Shown: positions 60,439 to 64,000 of the stretch, in pieces
Layout: each line of letters opens with the position of its first letter
Position numbering within the stretch: position 1 is the stretch's first letter
NCBI GenBank assembly: GCA_049322215.1
Contig: JBMORU010000001.1
Location: 452,023 to 516,022, forward strand
Direction of reading: 5' to 3'
DNA: 64,000 nucleotides
Origin: Patescibacteria group bacterium
GTDB lineage: Bacteria > Patescibacteriota > WWE3 > UBA101185 > UBA10185
Program-made: the position numbers and the translations under genes
Notes under the pieces: generated by a model
The model's database searches: none
What the model was told of the DNA's origin: nothing
What the model saw: the letters and a program-made list of their open reading frames with translations, nothing else

Positions 60439-61071
60439 ATGGGTCAAAAAATACATCCAACCGGATATAGAATTGGAATTTCAAAAGATTGGTCATCTAA
60501 ATGGTTTTCAGATAAAGCTGATTATGCTTCTAATGCATTGGAGGATTACAAAATTAGAAACTTACTTAAAAAGCGTTTTGATTTAGCTGGTTTGAAAACA
60601 ATAGTAATTGAAAGATCTGCCAGCAATTTAAAAATTATTGTTAAAGTATCAAAGCCAGGTATGGTTATAGGTAAAGGTGGCGTGATTGTAGAGCAAGTAA
60701 AGAAAGACTTATCTAAAATTACAAATTCTAAAGTTACTTTATCGGTTGAGGAAATAAAAGTTCCTGAAGTAGAGGCACAATTGGTTGCAGATTATATTGC
60801 ACGTCAGTTAAAAAGACGAATGCCATATAGAAGAATATCAACAATGGCTGCCAACGCAGCTATAGATAAAGGGGCTAAGGGAATAAAGATTAGAATGGCA
60901 GGTTTGTTGGGTGGAGGAAACTCTATTGCTCGTAGTGAAGTTGTTTCAAGAGGAACAATACCAACCCAAACTTTACGTGCTGATATTGATTATGCGCAAG
61001 TTCACTGCAACATGCTATACGGAACCATTGGTATAAAGGTATGGATTTACAAAGGAGAAATTGATTTATGA
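60439..61071 (+). CDS. rpsC: 30S ribosomal protein S3
   Basis: MGQKIHPTGYRIGISKDW... KH domain. 210 aa. Confidence 0.95.
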   Translation: MGQKIHPTGYRIGISKDWSSKWFSDKADYASNALEDYKIRNLLKKRFDLAGLKTIVIERSASNLKIIVKVSKPGMVIGKGGVIVEQVKKDLSKITNSKVTLSVEEIKVPEVEAQLVADYIARQLKRRMPYRRISTMAANAAIDKGAKGIKIRMAGLLGGGNSIARSEVVSRGTIPTQTLRADIDYAQVHCNMLYGTIGIKVWIYKGEIDL

Positions 61072-61142
61072 TTAATTTCGAGTTTGCAGCACAACGTGCT
61101 GACAAAGGGGAAATTGATCTGTAATAGATGATTAATTTCGAG
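61049..61142 (+). repeat. local direct duplication of the rpsC 3' end/junction (about 34-40 nt, copy 1 at 61049-61082, copy 2 at 61102-61142) flanking a small hairpin (cagcac-aac-gtgctg)
   Basis: acaaaggagaaattgatttatgattaatttcgag versus acaaaggggaaattgatctgtaatagatgattaatttcgag. Only the first copy is in the rpsC frame. Confidence 0.7.
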
Positions 61143-61149
61143 AAAAACT

Positions 61150-61566
61150 ATGTTACTACCAAAAAAAGTAAAATACAGAAAACAGCAACGTGGAACAAAC
61201 AAGGGTTTAGCAACTCGAGGGTCTAGAATATCTTATGGAGATTATGCCCTTAAGGCAGTAGACCGTGGTTTATTGACCTCACGTCAAATCGAAGCTGCAA
61301 GAAAAGCTATTTCCCATAGAACCAAAAGAGGTGGAAAGCTTTGGATAAGAGTTTTTCCTGACAAACCAATTGCTAAAAAGCCTCAGGAAACAAGAATGGG
61401 TAGTGGTAAATCTCCTACAGATCACTATGCAGCCGTAATTAAGCCAGGAAAAATTGTATTCGAGATTTCTGGTGTGTCTGAGGAGTTAGCTAAAGAAGCT
61501 TTTAGACGTGCCTCAGATAAGCTTCCAATTAAAATGAAATTTATTTCTGTACATGATTTAGGTTAA
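61150..61566 (+). CDS. rplP: 50S ribosomal protein L16
   Basis: [15 protein letters not shown]... 138 aa. Confidence 0.95.
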   Translation: MLLPKKVKYRKQQRGTNKGLATRGSRISYGDYALKAVDRGLLTSRQIEAARKAISHRTKRGGKLWIRVFPDKPIAKKPQETRMGSGKSPTDHYAAVIKPGKIVFEISGVSEELAKEAFRRASDKLPIKMKFISVHDLG

Positions 61567-61573
61567 AGGTATA

Positions 61574-61783
61574 ATGCAAGTTGCTGAATTAAGATCAAAA
61601 ACAAAAGAAGAATTATTAGAAATGCTTGATTCTTTAAAAATAGATTATAAGAATGCGGGTGAAGACTTAATAAAGGGTAATGAAAAAAACCTGAAAGTGC
61701 AAAAATACCTTAGAAAAGATATTGCCCGTGTGAAAACAATATTAAGGGAAAAAGAAATTTTAGAAAGTATTGAAAATGCCTAA
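61574..61783 (+). CDS. rpmC: 50S ribosomal protein L29
   Basis: Operon position, 69 aa helical. Confidence 0.85.
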   Translation: MQVAELRSKTKEELLEMLDSLKIDYKNAGEDLIKGNEKNLKVQKYLRKDIARVKTILREKEILESIENA

Positions 61784-62033
61784 GAAAATTTTTATAGGAC
61801 AAATAGTGTCCGACAAAATGGAAAAAACTGTTGTCGTTAGCGTAGAAGTTCCTAAGCTTCACCCACGCTATGGGAAGAGCATAAAAAATACAGTTCGATT
61901 TAAAGCTCGCAACGAAATAGACGCTAAATTAGGTGATATTGTAACTATAGAAGAAACACGCCCTTTTAGTAAAACAGTAACATGGATAGTTAAAGATATA
62001 GTAGAAAGTTTAGAAGAGGAAGGATCAAAGTAA
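61776..62033 (+). CDS. rpsQ: 30S ribosomal protein S17
   Basis: MPKKIFIGQIVSDKMEKTVVV. An ATG at 61776 is preferred over the TTG at 61770. Confidence 0.9.
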   Translation: MPKKIFIGQIVSDKMEKTVVVSVEVPKLHPRYGKSIKNTVRFKARNEIDAKLGDIVTIEETRPFSKTVTWIVKDIVESLEEEGSK

Positions 62034-62401
62034 TGGTTCCCGTAGGTACAGAACTAAATGTCGCCGATAATTCAGGCGCCAAAAAACTTAAAATGATCGG
62101 TATTCCGGGCTCTTCTATTAGGAAGTTTGCAAGCATAGGTGACATAGTTACCGTTGCTGTAAATGGTGCTTCTTCAACAGGTTATGTAAAAGATCACTCT
62201 GTTGTTAAGGCTGTTATTGTAAGAACAAGGAAAGAAGTTAGAAGAAAAGATGGAAGTTATATTCGCTTTGATGACAACGCTGCGGTTGTGGTGAAAGATG
62301 ATAAAAACATGCTCGCCACACGTGTTTTTGGCCCTGTTGGCAGAGAATTGCGTGATAGAGGATTTTTAAAAGTAGTATCTTTAGCAAAGGAAGTTTGGTA
62401 A
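62033..62401 (+). CDS. rplN: 50S ribosomal protein L14
   Basis: Starts MVPVGTELNVADNSGAKK (canonical L14 begins MIQ...), 122 aa. Confidence 0.95.
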   Translation: MVPVGTELNVADNSGAKKLKMIGIPGSSIRKFASIGDIVTVAVNGASSTGYVKDHSVVKAVIVRTRKEVRRKDGSYIRFDDNAAVVVKDDKNMLATRVFGPVGRELRDRGFLKVVSLAKEVW

Positions 62402-62404
62402 AAA

Positions 62405-62725
62405 ATGTCATTAAAAATTAAAAAGAACGACAAAGTAAAAGTAATAGCAGGAAAAGATAAAGGAACAGTTGGTGTGGTTCAGCGTATTTATTCTTCAAAA
62501 GGTAAAATTGTGGTAGAAGGTGTAAATATAGTAAAAAGACATGTTAAGCCAGGCGTTGTATCTAAAGAGGGCGGAATTATAAGTATAGAAAAGCCTATAG
62601 ACATGTCAAATGTTATGGTTATAGACCCTAAAACTGATGAGCCTACGCGTGTTGGCTTTAAAGTTATAGATGGTAAAAAATATAGAATTTCTAAAAAAAG
62701 CGGGGAAGTACTAGATAATTCATAA
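62405..62725 (+). CDS. rplX: 50S ribosomal protein L24
   Basis: KIKKNDKVKVIAGKDKG KOW motif. Confidence 0.9.
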   Translation: MSLKIKKNDKVKVIAGKDKGTVGVVQRIYSSKGKIVVEGVNIVKRHVKPGVVSKEGGIISIEKPIDMSNVMVIDPKTDEPTRVGFKVIDGKKYRISKKSGEVLDNS

Positions 62726-62753
62726 TTATTGTGTAAAATTCTAGCTTGCTGGT

Positions 62754-63302
62754 ATGAATAGACTACAAGAACAATATAAAAACGAAATAAAAGCAAAACT
62801 ACAGTCCGAACTAAAACTGGACAATGTTATGGAACTTCCCAATTTGAAGAAGATAGTGGTTAATGCGGGTATAGGTGAATTTAGAGATAACAAAGAAGCG
62901 TTAAACTCTTTTCTAGAAGAACTTGCAGATATTACGGGCCAACAGCCTGCACTAAGAAAAGCAAGAAAATCTATTGCTGGTTTTAAAATAAGACAAAACG
63001 ATGTTGTGGGGGTTTCGGTAACACTTAGAGGTGAAAAAATGTGGGCATTTTTAGACAAAATAATAAGTATAGTTTTACCAAGAGTAAGAGATTTTCAAGG
63101 ATTAAGTAATAAAGCTTTTGATAAAGCAGGAAATTACTCTATTGGTATAAAAGAGCACGTTTTGTTTCCTGAGGTTAATGCTAATAAAACTAAAGGAATT
63201 AGAAGTTTACAAGTTACTTTGGTAACATCTGCTAATGATGCAGAGTCAGGTAAAGCGTTTTTAGCATCTTTAGGTTTACCGTTTCGAAAGGACAATAAAT
63301 AA
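62754..63302 (+). CDS. rplE: 50S ribosomal protein L5
   Basis: MNRLQEQYKNEI...NYSIGIKEHVLFPE. Confidence 0.95.
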   Translation: MNRLQEQYKNEIKAKLQSELKLDNVMELPNLKKIVVNAGIGEFRDNKEALNSFLEELADITGQQPALRKARKSIAGFKIRQNDVVGVSVTLRGEKMWAFLDKIISIVLPRVRDFQGLSNKAFDKAGNYSIGIKEHVLFPEVNANKTKGIRSLQVTLVTSANDAESGKAFLASLGLPFRKDNK

Positions 63303-63488
63303 ATGGCTAAAAAGTCACAAGTAGAAAAACATAAGCGTGGACAAAAATTTAAAGCACGTGAGTATAACAGATGTAATATCTGCGGAAGACCTAGAGGTTT
63401 TTTGAGAAGATTTGGAATTTGTCGTATTTGTTTTAGGGAATTAGCCCATAAAGGCGAACTTCCGGGTGTAAAAAAGGCTAGCTGGTAA
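63303..63488 (+). CDS. rpsN: 30S ribosomal protein S14 type Z (zinc-ribbon form)
   Basis: 61 aa with CNICGRPRG...CRICFRE. Confidence 0.9.
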   Translation: MAKKSQVEKHKRGQKFKAREYNRCNICGRPRGFLRRFGICRICFRELAHKGELPGVKKASW

Positions 63489-63489
63489 T

Positions 63490-63891
63490 ATGAGTGTTGA
63501 TACAATTTCGAACATGTTAAGTTCAATAAAAAATGCCTCAATGGTAAATAAAGATTTTATAGAAGTACCCCACACTAAAGTTTGTGAGGAAGTAGCTAAA
63601 TCATTAAAAGGCGCAGGTTTTTTGGAAAATGTTAAGGTATTTAAAGACAAGGATTCGGGATTTAAAATGTTAAATCTTGCTTTAGCTAAAGATGAAGAAG
63701 GTAATTCTAAAATTACAGAACTTAAGCGTGTATCAAAACCAGGATTAAGAGTTTATAAGCCTAGTGATGATTTAAGACGTGTTAGAGGTGGTTATGGTGT
63801 TGCTGTAATTTCAACCAATAGAGGTATTGTCTTGGATTCTGAGGCACGCAAGAAAAAACTTGGTGGAGAAGTTATTTGTATAGCTTGGTAA
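63490..63891 (+). CDS. rpsH: 30S ribosomal protein S8
   Basis: MSVDTISNMLSSIKNA... Confidence 0.95.
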   Translation: MSVDTISNMLSSIKNASMVNKDFIEVPHTKVCEEVAKSLKGAGFLENVKVFKDKDSGFKMLNLALAKDEEGNSKITELKRVSKPGLRVYKPSDDLRRVRGGYGVAVISTNRGIVLDSEARKKKLGGEVICIAW

Positions 63892-63896
63892 ATATA

Positions 63897-64000
63897 TGTC
63901 AAGAATAGGTAAAAAACACATTGAAATACCAAACGGAGTAAAAGTTGATATAAAAGATGGCACCGTTACTATAAATGGTCTAAAGGGGACATTATCGTAT
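63897..64000 (+). CDS. rplF: 50S ribosomal protein L6, N-terminal part (continues beyond the window)
   Basis: MSRIGKKHIEIPNGVKVDIKDGTVTINGLKG. Confidence 0.85.

Noticed and set aside
1-64000. Search for mobile elements, a diversity-generating retroelement or a prophage
   Set aside because: No transposase, integrase, reverse transcriptase, terminal inverted repeats or phage structural genes were recognised. Higher-GC orphan ORFs are reported as a finding instead.

Overview
This is a low-GC (~36-40%) bacterial chromosome segment of about 64 kb from a small-genome, AT-rich lineage. A Candidate Phyla Radiation/Patescibacteria-like organism is my inference, based on a minimal L3, a Zn-ribbon S14, a type IV pilin, many small membrane proteins and gene remnants. 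The right third (45.6-64 kb) is the conserved rpoB-rpoC-rpsL-rpsG-fusA-tuf-S10/spc ribosomal-protein block. The left two thirds hold housekeeping genes (typA, greA, thyA, lysS, serS, secA, uppP, lepB, mscS, an RsmB-like methyltransferase, methyltransferases) interleaved with accessory-looking loci. These include a VanW-like gene beside a giant membrane-anchored multi-esterase/PKD surface protein, a MacAB-like HlyD/ABC/permease exporter, a type IV pilin-like protein with a Cys-rich 84-bp tandem repeat, a divergent pair of GT-C glycosyltransferase-like membrane proteins, an LRR protein, and several compositionally distinct orphan ORFs. There is one tRNA-Glu(CUC) with a histidine-kinase remnant next to it. 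I find no CRISPR array and no transposase, integrase or reverse transcriptase. The most interesting non-coding features are two candidate T-box leaders, upstream of serS and upstream of a GNAT-like/PepT-like/LysRS-HD operon. There is also a local duplication at the rpsC/rplP junction and several clean rho-independent terminators. All calls are from manual reading of the sequence and the ORF track; no homology searches were run.
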